From a virus, in IMG/VR virus record IMGVR_UViG_3300042914_002334, positions 1 through 64,000 of that record: DNA of 64,000 nucleotides; one strand, given 5' to 3'. Below are positions 49,108-58,400 of this stretch, piece by piece (the stretch's first letter is position 1; every line of letters starts with the position of its first letter). The notes beneath the pieces are model-generated. The model made no database searches. It saw only the letters and a program-made list of their open reading frames with translations, and was not told the origin of the DNA. Position numbers and translations under genes: made by a program.

Positions 49108-50955
49108 ATGGGCACACTCCAAAGAATATTCAGTAGCAGAAGTGCTGCCGATGCTAATTCTTATATAGGGCGCGCTGGTCATATTTTTTACGAAGAAAGC
49201 GATACGCCCGGAGTTGCTCCAATTATAAAATATAGCGACGGTATCACACCTGGTGGTATTCCTATTTCTGGAAATTCAGGTGGCAGTGGTAGCGTGAACA
49301 GCATAGAAGTGAGCGGAGGAACTACAGGACTAACAACAGACGGCGGTCCAATAACCTCATCGGGAACGATAACATTAAATGGAGTCTTGAATGTCGCTGC
49401 CGGCGGGACTGGCGCAAACAATCCAGTAACCGCAAGAACTAACTTGGACGCAGCAAGAAGAGGCAATAACAACGACATAACAAGTTTGAGTGGGTTGACA
49501 ACTCCACTATCCGTCGAACAGGGCGGAACTGGAGCGAATTCATTGGCTGGATATCTCAGAGGAAACAATGCAGATTCATTTACTGCAACTACTACCATTC
49601 CATTCAGCGACATTACTGGAGTTGTTCCAGTTAGTCAGGGCGGAACTGGGCAAAGCACGCTTTCTGCTGGTGTTTTAGTAAGTGATGGAACTACAATCAG
49701 CACCACTAATTTTATATCTGGGTCCGTCATTGACGGAAACATAAGCGGAAACTCTCTAAATGTCACCGGCGTAGTAGAAATAAATCACGGGGGAACTGGT
49801 GGCAATACTCCAAGCAGTGCAAGAATCGCGCTTGGAGTAGCAAAGAGTGGAGCCAACGGGGACATAACAAGTTTAAGTGGACTTACTACTCCTCTTAGTA
49901 TTGATCAGGGCGGAACCGGCGCATCAACTTCCTCAGATGCACTATCGGCTTTACTACCAAGTCAGACCGGAAATACAAATAAAGTTTTGATAACAGACGG
50001 AACCAGTGCAAGTTGGGGTAGTTTTTCTCAGAGTAGAGCCGCAAGAGTGTTAGTAGTAGGAATAGACGCGGCAACCATACAAGAATGCATTGATCTTGCA
50101 AGTAATGTAAGCGCCGCTAATGCATATATAGTTCAAATTCCACCAGGAAGATATATAGAGAACTTGACTTTGCGCGGTGGTGTAATGATTCAAGGTATGG
50201 GTAATCAAGCAGACCCAACCAGTGTTGTTATTACTGGGTATCATACATTAAATGGGGCGGCACTGAATGCACTCAGCAACACAGTATCAGTTGCCAATAT
50301 AGTATTTGCGGCTGATACATCACTAAATCCTGTATTCAGTATTAGCGGAACAACGGCAACACAGTTTAATGTTCAAGGATGCTACATTCAGAATACTAAT
50401 ATCAATACCTCTGCACACGCATTTCAGATTGGCACTAATGTATCACTTTATCTTGACAATTGCAACATTCAAATGGTGGCTGGATCAGGAACTCAATTCA
50501 ATATGAGTGGTGGATCAATATATCTAAGAAATGTTAGATCAAATAGCGGTAGCAAAATCATCAACATGTCGGCGCCTGCATATGCAGAACTTACATACTC
50601 TACTTTAAGTTGTGCAGGAACATCCGAGGCAATTACCGTATATGGAAACGGGGCTGCTGAACCATTTCCACTAAGTGGATTAGTCAGTGCTGGGTGGACC
50701 TCAATACAAAATACAGCGTCAAATGGTAACGGAGTAAATCTTGCTGCAAGTGGAGCAAGCATGCTTGCGTATTCTTGTTCGTTTGATGTGTTGGCTGACG
50801 CTTCTAATTATGTAGTGACTGGGGTTGCGGGAACCAGTTTTGTTCAACTAAACAACAATTACGCTAATATTCCCGGTATATTGTCCAGAAACATAAAGAT
50901 TAAAAATACCGTCGCATTGCTAACCCACAGCAGTTCACTGAGTAGCAGTGCTTAA
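49108..50955 (+). CDS. fibre protein with Mtd_N-like N-terminus and beta-helix domain
   Basis: YIGRAGHIFY..KYSDGITPGG; shared GGTTGLTT..GGPIT and DITSLSGLTT modules; ATIQECID..IPPGRYIENLTL. Confidence 0.75.
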   Translation: MGTLQRIFSSRSAADANSYIGRAGHIFYEESDTPGVAPIIKYSDGITPGGIPISGNSGGSGSVNSIEVSGGTTGLTTDGGPITSSGTITLNGVLNVAAGGTGANNPVTARTNLDAARRGNNNDITSLSGLTTPLSVEQGGTGANSLAGYLRGNNADSFTATTTIPFSDITGVVPVSQGGTGQSTLSAGVLVSDGTTISTTNFISGSVIDGNISGNSLNVTGVVEINHGGTGGNTPSSARIALGVAKSGANGDITSLSGLTTPLSIDQGGTGASTSSDALSALLPSQTGNTNKVLITDGTSASWGSFSQSRAARVLVVGIDAATIQECIDLASNVSAANAYIVQIPPGRYIENLTLRGGVMIQGMGNQADPTSVVITGYHTLNGAALNALSNTVSVANIVFAADTSLNPVFSISGTTATQFNVQGCYIQNTNINTSAHAFQIGTNVSLYLDNCNIQMVAGSGTQFNMSGGSIYLRNVRSNSGSKIINMSAPAYAELTYSTLSCAGTSEAITVYGNGAAEPFPLSGLVSAGWTSIQNTASNGNGVNLAASGASMLAYSCSFDVLADASNYVVTGVAGTSFVQLNNNYANIPGILSRNIKIKNTVALLTHSSSLSSSA

Positions 50956-51086
50956 TCAGCAATTCTACGCACAGAATAATATTTATCAAAATACTTGACG
51001 AAATAAGTGCATCAGTGTCACATATCACCTGAACTTAAATACATTGTCATCGTCACAATGACATTTAACAAAACAGGAGATATACC

Positions 51087-51869
51087 TTGGGAAGAAGACG
51101 AAACAACGCGATGCGTAAGGAACAAGAGCAATTCAGCATGATCAGCAATAAGCAGACAAAAGCATTTTATCAAAAGCATCAAACAAAACAGGAGTCAAAT
51201 ACTATTCCATTTAATGCAACAAAGATAAAGCGTCAAATTGATTTAATTCCAAAAACACGAAATCAAGAAGCATATATATTGGCCCTTACTAATCCCTCAA
51301 CAGATGTAGTAGTGGTTAGTGGGCCTGCCGGAACAGGTAAAACTTATCTGGCCATGTTGGCTGCAATCAAAGCACTAAAAAACAAAGAGTGTGAGCGTAT
51401 AATTCTTAGCAGACCTGCGGTTGGGGTCGATGATGAAAAACACGGATTCTTACCTGGTGACTTAAATCAAAAAATGGAGCCTTGGACTCGTCCACTTCTT
51501 GATGTGTTGCGTGAGTATTACTCAGTGAAAGAAATCGAGTATATGCTTGATGAACAAATCGTAGAAATCGCTCCACTTGCTTTTATGAGAGGTAGAACTT
51601 TTAAGAATAGTTGGATCATTTTAGATGAAAGTCAAAATGCCACACCAAGTCAAATGAAGATGATACTTACAAGAATTGGCGAAAACAGCAAGATAATAGT
51701 GACAGGCGATATTGAGCAAACAGATCGCAAACGCTTGGACAACGGTCTTCTTGATCTTGAAGATCGTCTTAAAAAGCACAATGTCCCTGGATTAGAGATT
51801 TGCAAATTCGATCTAAAGGATGTTCAGCGACACTCTATCATAGAACATGTGATAAAAATGTATAATTAA
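51087..51869 (+). CDS. phoH: PhoH-family ATPase
   Basis: GPAGTGKT, LSRPAV, GFLPGDL, PLAFMRGRTF, LDESQN, TGDIEQ, RH; TTG start with AGGAGA RBS. Confidence 0.95.
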   Translation: MGRRRNNAMRKEQEQFSMISNKQTKAFYQKHQTKQESNTIPFNATKIKRQIDLIPKTRNQEAYILALTNPSTDVVVVSGPAGTGKTYLAMLAAIKALKNKECERIILSRPAVGVDDEKHGFLPGDLNQKMEPWTRPLLDVLREYYSVKEIEYMLDEQIVEIAPLAFMRGRTFKNSWIILDESQNATPSQMKMILTRIGENSKIIVTGDIEQTDRKRLDNGLLDLEDRLKKHNVPGLEICKFDLKDVQRHSIIEHVIKMYN

Positions 51870-51878
51870 ATTGTGACA

Positions 51879-51904
51879 AAAAAGCCTGCTTAAGCAGGCT
51901 TTTT
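51879..51904. terminator. bidirectional terminator between convergent genes
   Basis: Perfect palindrome AAAAAGCCTGCTT/AAGCAGGCTTTTT overlapping the 51890 stop. Confidence 0.8.
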
Positions 51905-52162
51905 AGTTTCTTTGGTTTCGTTCAGTAGCAACAATTGTTCTATCAATTCTGGATATACTTTCTGATAGTAATCATTCATTTTCTCGAAACTGGTTGGCAT
52001 AACAGAGCCTCCTATTACACACTTGACCACTTTGCGCTCTTTGTAATCAAGAATTACATTACAAGTTGTCTCGTCATTTTTCTTTAGTCTCTTGCTAAAC
52101 CCAATCTGTTCGTCGATCTGATTGTTGGGTTTTTTATAGTATGTTACAAGTAAGTATCTCAT
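51890..52162 (-). CDS. hypothetical protein (90 aa)
   Basis: ATGA-coupled to clamp loader gene. Confidence 0.7.
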   Translation of the reverse strand: MRYLLVTYYKKPNNQIDEQIGFSKRLKKNDETTCNVILDYKERKVVKCVIGGSVMPTSFEKMNDYYQKVYPELIEQLLLLNETKETKKPA

Positions 52163-53091
52163 TGCGTCAACTCAATAATCGTAGCACTTACGCTTATCTC
52201 TGGAATTCCAACTAAACTTAAATTGGCCAATCCATTTCTAATCGTAATGATGGCGGCATCTTTTTTCTCTTGTGTTTTGCCCCACAAGTTCAAATTGGAA
52301 TACATCCATCGATATAGGTCTTCTACTCGCGTTGGATTCAAACTCAAAAATTGAAGTAGTTGTTCACGACCTTCTAAAACTTTACCAGCCTTGAATGAAT
52401 TAGTTATCTCTACCAACAGTGCGTCTTGATCGTTTACGGTATTCTGCGCGGCAAGCAATACTCCAGTGCTGCTATTTACTTGAAGTAAATTCAAACACTT
52501 TCTTAAGTCTGGGTAAGTTGCTGCGACATAATTGTCAAGAGTATCTAACTCAAACTCGATATTTTCTGTCATTAGAACCGTTGCTGCTCTGGCAGTGAAT
52601 TCGATTCTATCCGCTTTTGTAATGGTAAAAACAGGACAACGAGATTTTAACGCTGGAATAATTTTGTGTTCGTAATTACAAGTCAGAATAAATCTGACAC
52701 TACTGCTGTATACCTCAATATCTCCACGCAACATTGCTTGCCCGTTTGGAGTAAGATAGTCTGCCTCGTCAAGCAATACAATCTTGAACTTACCAAATGG
52801 TAATGTTTGAACAAAACTCAACACCTTGTCTCTGATAACTTCTACGCCGTTTTCTCTACTGGCGTTTATTTCGAGAACATCATAATCGTTCACACCCAAT
52901 TCAGCAATTAGAACTTTTGACAAGGTCGTCTTGCCAGTGCCAGGCTCTCCACTGAGTGTTATGTTTGGAATAGTGCCGTTTTTTATCCAATCTTTTACTT
53001 GCTGTTGAAGTCGTTCATCAACAAATACATAATCATTGATGTTGTTCGGGCGATACTTTTCCACCCACAATTTGTTTTTCATGTTCATCAT
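52159..53091 (-). CDS. sliding-clamp loader ATPase (RFC small subunit / gp44-like)
   Basis: LWVEKYRP, GEPGTGKTT, EINAS, LDEAD, FILTCNY, LKSRC. Confidence 0.92.
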   Translation of the reverse strand: MMNMKNKLWVEKYRPNNINDYVFVDERLQQQVKDWIKNGTIPNITLSGEPGTGKTTLSKVLIAELGVNDYDVLEINASRENGVEVIRDKVLSFVQTLPFGKFKIVLLDEADYLTPNGQAMLRGDIEVYSSSVRFILTCNYEHKIIPALKSRCPVFTITKADRIEFTARAATVLMTENIEFELDTLDNYVAATYPDLRKCLNLLQVNSSTGVLLAAQNTVNDQDALLVEITNSFKAGKVLEGREQLLQFLSLNPTRVEDLYRWMYSNLNLWGKTQEKKDAAIITIRNGLANLSLVGIPEISVSATIIELTQ

Positions 53092-53378
53092 GAACGAAGC
53101 GCCTGTATAGTAAGAATGTGTGCTATTTTTTGTCCAATATCTTCTTTGTCAGTGATTATATACAATTTCGTGACAGATTCGTCGGTCGTTCTGTTATAAG
53201 TGCTGAAGTGCAATACATAACCACCTTCTGCGTGATGTAGACAGAAGTTAAACGGGTTAGATGAACTAATTACATTCGGTTGTTCGCCTTCATATTCCAA
53301 AATTGGTCTTATTTTATGTTTCTTTGATTTTGTATTCCAATGAAATGAAGAGAATACATTTTTTATTGTGTTAAACAT
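53088..53378 (-). CDS. hypothetical protein (96 aa)
   Basis: Translationally coupled on both sides. Confidence 0.65.
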   Translation of the reverse strand: MFNTIKNVFSSFHWNTKSKKHKIRPILEYEGEQPNVISSSNPFNFCLHHAEGGYVLHFSTYNRTTDESVTKLYIITDKEDIGQKIAHILTIQALRS

Positions 53379-53737
53379 TATATTACCTTGTCACTGAGTG
53401 TGTCATCAATTACGGGCGTGTCACTAACTAACATGATGTCTTTTACATCAACACGACGAACGGTGTGAATACCAGTGTCGTCCTGAATTTGTATTCCTCT
53501 TGTCCAGCGACCGTGCTCTATCAAAATCCATTGTCCAATTTTTACGTCCCGCTGATCTGGGCCGATAGCATACACTTCTGCCCAACGAGGTCTGATGCCG
53601 CTGTTTTTGGCATCGTCGCTAACCAATACGATTCCAGAACTGGTGGTTCGTTCTTGAAAGTTCATATCTTTTACGATAACTGCATCACGCAGTGGTTTGA
53701 GACTTTTTATTTTGTTTGGTTCGTAACTGTGTTTCAT
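53378..53737 (-). CDS. groES: GroES-like co-chaperonin
   Basis: LKPLRDAVIV..ERTTSSGIVL..AEVYAIGP..VKIGQWIL..DIM. Confidence 0.85.
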   Translation of the reverse strand: MKHSYEPNKIKSLKPLRDAVIVKDMNFQERTTSSGIVLVSDDAKNSGIRPRWAEVYAIGPDQRDVKIGQWILIEHGRWTRGIQIQDDTGIHTVRRVDVKDIMLVSDTPVIDDTLSDKVI

Positions 53738-53738
53738 A

Positions 53739-54128
53739 TTATTTTTTCACTGGTTGTTCATCAAATTCATTAAACTGATTCATTTCTTCGTGAGACAAGT
53801 CTGGTTGCGGAGTCTTTGTCTTTTTTGTCTTAGTTATCTTTGTTGTTTCAGCAACCACTGTCGGCTGAACTACTTTTTCAGCGGGAACTGGTACGCTTCC
53901 TGGTGCAGGCGCAGTTCCATTGCCACTGGCTCCTGGGTTAGCAGTAGTATTTGCGTAAATACGATTTACTCGTTTGGTAACATCACTGATTATTTGATCG
54001 TTGCTGTCAATAACATCTCCTCTGGCATTTACATTCATATTACCAATAGCACGAGTTTTTTCATTCTTTAGAATCAAACTTGCCATATCAAGTGATTTGC
54101 CCATTGCTGTTTTGTAATGTCTACTCAT
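53739..54128 (-). CDS. hypothetical protein (129 aa)
   Basis: YKTAMGKSLDM..RAIGNMNVNARGD; AGGAG RBS. Confidence 0.7.
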   Translation of the reverse strand: MSRHYKTAMGKSLDMASLILKNEKTRAIGNMNVNARGDVIDSNDQIISDVTKRVNRIYANTTANPGASGNGTAPAPGSVPVPAEKVVQPTVVAETTKITKTKKTKTPQPDLSHEEMNQFNEFDEQPVKK

Positions 54129-54166
54129 TATTATTTCTCCTATTTTGTTGTGAATATATTTGCGGC

Positions 54167-54673
54167 TTATTTAAGAAAGTCGGAAATAGCCAGGTCAAAG
54201 TAGATACTATTTATACGATGTATTCCGATCAAGTATAAAACATAACTGGCAACACTACTTCCACGGCCTACTCCCCATACGATGTTGTTTTTTCTCATTA
54301 CATCTACCAGATATTTTAGATATTGAAGTAATGGAAATGCGTTTCTGTCGAGATATAGAAGTAGTTCCTTGCCGACTCTGTCACGCTCAACATCAGTAGT
54401 GCATTGATTTAGCAACCATTCTGCGATATCTAAGTTTTTATATTCTTCTGGCATATGCCAATTAGATTGACATCTTTCATCAAATTCTGACTCAGATAAT
54501 TGCTCTGAGTGATATCGTATCAGTTCGGGAATATTGTCAATATTTAATTCTTTAGATATGTTTGGAACGAAATCCATCAAGCACTTTTTTAGTTTAGAGT
54601 CGGAATTGACCATCAATTGGTTGATGATATCAGATTCACTAAGTATAATTTGTCCGTATGCGTCTATCTTCAT
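54167..54673 (-). CDS. stand-alone fragment of DNA polymerase III alpha (DnaE-like)
   Basis: W.MPEEY, RVGKEL, YLVDVMR..WGVGRGSSVASYVLYLIGIHRINS..FDL..FL matches the DnaE GxGRGS region; start at ATG 54673. Confidence 0.75.
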   Translation of the reverse strand: MKIDAYGQIILSESDIINQLMVNSDSKLKKCLMDFVPNISKELNIDNIPELIRYHSEQLSESEFDERCQSNWHMPEEYKNLDIAEWLLNQCTTDVERDRVGKELLLYLDRNAFPLLQYLKYLVDVMRKNNIVWGVGRGSSVASYVLYLIGIHRINSIYFDLAISDFLK

Positions 54674-54679
54674 AGAGAT

Positions 54680-54708
54680 AGTATATAGAACAGATAACAA
54701 ATATTCAA
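54680..54708 (-). promoter_or_regulatory. sigma70-like promoter, leaderless
   Basis: TTGAAT-17-TATACT-6nt-ATG. Confidence 0.65.
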
Positions 54709-54718
54709 TTGATTTTGG

Positions 54719-54952
54719 TCAATTGATATCTATTTTAGACTTTAAGTTGTCCTGTTTTTTGTTGAACAGTTCGGCTTGTCTCTTGCTGTATTCCTGTTTG
54801 TAAGAATTCAATACCATAATCAATTGATTCATCATGGCTTGATTGTGCATGCGACTTGCAAATGAAACTTTATTGCCTAAATTGGTGATCGTGGTTTGTA
54901 ATTCTTCCAAACTTTTTTCTGAAAGATCGCCTACTAATGGATGTGTAATCAT
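54719..54952 (-). CDS. hypothetical helical protein (77 aa)
   Basis: HPLVGDLSEKSLEELQ.. coiled-coil-like. Confidence 0.65.
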   Translation of the reverse strand: MITHPLVGDLSEKSLEELQTTITNLGNKVSFASRMHNQAMMNQLIMVLNSYKQEYSKRQAELFNKKQDNLKSKIDIN

Positions 54953-54954
54953 AA

Positions 54955-55416
54955 TTAAAACGATATGCTACTAATTTCTATTGTTTGCGGTGATGGCAAT
55001 AAAGACGGTCTGGTAGGCCAGACAACCGACTCTGGAAATGTAGATTGATCAGTAATGTCCAATAATTGCTGTCTGTAATTTTGCAGTTCATTTTTTTGTT
55101 CATCAGTAAAAGATGCCCAACGCATTGGATTCATAACGAGATTATCTAATTCTACCAAATATCCATTTCTTATATTTCTAATGCGAGAGGCTTTTTCTTC
55201 GTTCGTCGGGTCAACAATAGGAATAGGTTCAAATGCCTCTATTTCTCCAAACTCGTTATTTACTATTCTATTGAATATTTCTTTTCCGTGTTCCTCGTTG
55301 TCATATTTATAAGCAACAAAAGGAACTTCTCCAAGTTGATCAAAGTTTACCAAGCAACTAATATATTCACCAGATGCGTCTAAGTATTTGGGATTTTTTA
55401 TCGTTGTATATTTCAT
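54955..55416 (-). CDS. tail fibre assembly chaperone-like protein
   Basis: VPFVA..D.EEHGKEIF; RNIRNGYL..YRQQLLDITDQ..FP..VVWPTRP; directly downstream of a fibre gene. Confidence 0.75.
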   Translation of the reverse strand: MKYTTIKNPKYLDASGEYISCLVNFDQLGEVPFVAYKYDNEEHGKEIFNRIVNNEFGEIEAFEPIPIVDPTNEEKASRIRNIRNGYLVELDNLVMNPMRWASFTDEQKNELQNYRQQLLDITDQSTFPESVVWPTRPSLLPSPQTIEISSISF

Positions 55417-55430
55417 GTCTTATTCTCTAT

Positions 55431-58400
55431 TTAAGCTACTCTAATCGCCAAATATACAATGTATGGCATAATTACAACGCCGGAACTTGCTCCAGCAGAA
55501 ACAACAGTATTATTTACAAAATCAACCACTATGTCGGTGGTTCCTACCGCACCACTCATTATTTTCCATGTTCCGGATAGTTGATGTGTTGACTTTATAA
55601 ATGGTGAAGTAGTATTTTTTGGGTATACCGCAAACTGATTCTCACCAAGGGTAAGATTTAGCGTTGGGGATTCAAATAACACGCCGAAAGAAGTTATCGT
55701 GCCTCCGCGTGTCCATCCATTGGCAGCAGTAACGAGAGTATTAGTGGCTACTTGTTGTGATCCAACTATCATTGAGTAAGCACCTACTGACGTCGATTCA
55801 ATCTGAGATACTGGGGTGTATCCTCCGCTAACTGAACCGACATCATTATCAGTTAAAATTCTTGTCCAAGGTGACCAAGTAGTCTTGTCTTCTGTATCGT
55901 CATTAGTTCTAAAATACACACCAGTTGGAGTTCCACCATTGTCATCCCAATTGAATGCCAATTGCGAAGAGTATACTCGATTTAGACCATCAGACTGACC
56001 ACTTATTGTGATTCCAGAGAAATAATTTCCCGGGAAGTCAGAAGAAGAATAAGCAACAAATCCTCTTATATTGTATTCTGGGAAAAAACTCGGCGTTGGA
56101 CTCGGAGATGCCAATTGAAACAAATCAAATCCAGTAGTCGGACGCGCTGATATCCAATTTACTCCATTCCAAGCAATAATATGTCCTGGTTGTTTGTTTG
56201 TAGTGCTTACATTTAGTAATTCATCCAACGTGTCTCTTTGTCTGATAATATAATCGGTCTGACTTAATATGCTTGTCTGATTAGTTACCATTTTAGATGC
56301 CAACACTCTTTCAAACGAGTTAGGCAACGCGATGTCACTTACTCTTATACCAACTGAATTTCTTGATTCTGGATTCTTAACCAGATAAATGTAATTTGTA
56401 GCATTTGGATTTAACTGAACTGTTTGTGTTGGAACACTGGTGTAATATCCACCTATAAACAGCGGATAATCAACGGTGTATGCAACTAAACCGGTTGTGC
56501 TTTCTGTGCTCAAATAAATCTGATGTCTGGGCGCGGTAGCATTGAACCATTGATCCTCGGTCAATTCTGCGCCCACACCTCTTATATCTTTAGACGAAAT
56601 AAAAACCATTCCAACATAGGCTATTATAGAAGATGCACGATAGTATCCAAGCGTAGTGCTATAACCGAAAGTGCTTCCTGGCCATTGGAACACCGATTTG
56701 TAACCACCTTCTCCCGTTGATTGCGAAGAGAATCGTGTTACGTCGCCAGTGACTACCGCAGCAGAATTTACGTCATAAGATGCCCAGTAGAAAGTTCTTC
56801 CGCCAATAGTAGAAATTGAGAAATTAAATAGTATTCGTCCGTTATTACTCCATACTGGATGTCCAGAATCTAACGCAAGAAATATTTGATTTTCCTGATC
56901 GTTTCTGTTTTGTTTTCCAGCATCTATTTCTGTTTGTAATATATTTGCAGTAGTCAGTGACCAAGCAGAGTTTTGATATCTTGCCATATACACCAGACCA
57001 CTTGAATCTCTTACCGTTGCATATAGTATTGGAGTTGATGTATTTCCATTCCACAAAGTAATACCTACTACGGTTACTCCAGTTTTTCCATCAAGCGTTG
57101 CAGAAACCGCAGGAAACTGAACACCGGTGTCAGTATAAGTTCTTACGTTATTACTTGATGCAGTTATCGTGTATATGTTAAATCCAGGTCTTGACCAGTA
57201 ATATATTGGCGTTGTCCCAGACACAGTAATACCAAATGCGCCCGGAGTCTGATTATCTTTAATAAATTGTGGTGCACCATTAAATGAGTCTACTGTAGAG
57301 GTGGTCGGATCAAGTTTAAAGGTATCATTTGTTTGACCCAGCGCAACTGAACTAAATTCTGTGGTGCTGAATGACGCTTGAATCACTTTCTGACCATATC
57401 TTGTTGATTCACCAGCAAAAAGAATATTGTTGTCGATTATATGTGCAAACTGACTATATACACCCTTAGACCACATTGATCCGTCGGGAATGTATTCTAC
57501 GGCCTTTGTATATTTAGATTCGTTGTTGTTACCAAATGTCTTATATACATATGCATTGCTATAAGACAATCTGTAGATCGTTGCTGCAACAATTGTTGTC
57601 CCGGTGCTGCGAACAGAGTAGTATATATTGCCTTCGTATTCGTCAGTGACTAATGTTGAAACAATACCAGCGCCACCTATAGTGTCACTCATTCCACCAG
57701 TATCAGTGTTCCAAGTGCTGTCTTTTAGTAAGTTGTAGCGGAATGTTCCAGATTTTTGCGGTATCAAAGAAGAAACTGTTCCTGTGCCATTTTCTATCCA
57801 TGTTTTTGGAATAGCCCATGACAAATCCAATGCAACCGAGGCCCCGACATTGTTTCCGCTGTTGTTTTGATAAACATACCATATAGGGAATTGCTGGTGA
57901 AATGTTTGCGTAAATGGATTCCAAGTAAATGAAATATATCCATATGGAGCATAACTTAGTAAAGGGACACTCGATGGCGCTACTCTTCCCTGTCCTGTGG
58001 TATCGGAAGTGTTGAGCATTGCTGCACTATCATACAACACTTGCGTTCTTTGTTGAACTAATAGATTATTGTAGACCGTCAACACGACTTGAGAACTGTC
58101 CGATGCCACCGTAGAGGCTATTATTCTGTCGCCGCTTGAGGTTGGAACTAACGCAAAGTTTGTTCTTCCATTTGCATATTGAGTAACATCGTTTGCAAAA
58201 GTCCAGTCTGCTGGATTAGAAGAACCGTATGTTTTTGCAATTACAATTCGAGTTTGATTCTGTGGATAAGCAATAGTTGCAACTCTTAATGTGACAAAAT
58301 ATGTTCCAAGATTAAGTATGTCGCTGACTTTTTCGGTGGAAGACAAAAAGTTCGGTCTGACCAAGTTATTATCGTATACGAATGGTTTTGTAATGTCATA

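Noticed and set aside
48760-50979. Invertase-driven fibre inversion (shufflon)
   Set aside because: No recombinase in the window, and the flanking similarity is limited to the short promoter motif
52159-53091. Eukaryotic, archaeal or giant-virus origin suggested by the RFC-like gene
   Set aside because: Shine-Dalgarno sites, sigma70 promoters, holin, PhoH, GroES and tail fibres indicate a bacteriophage; T4-like clamp loaders are RFC-like
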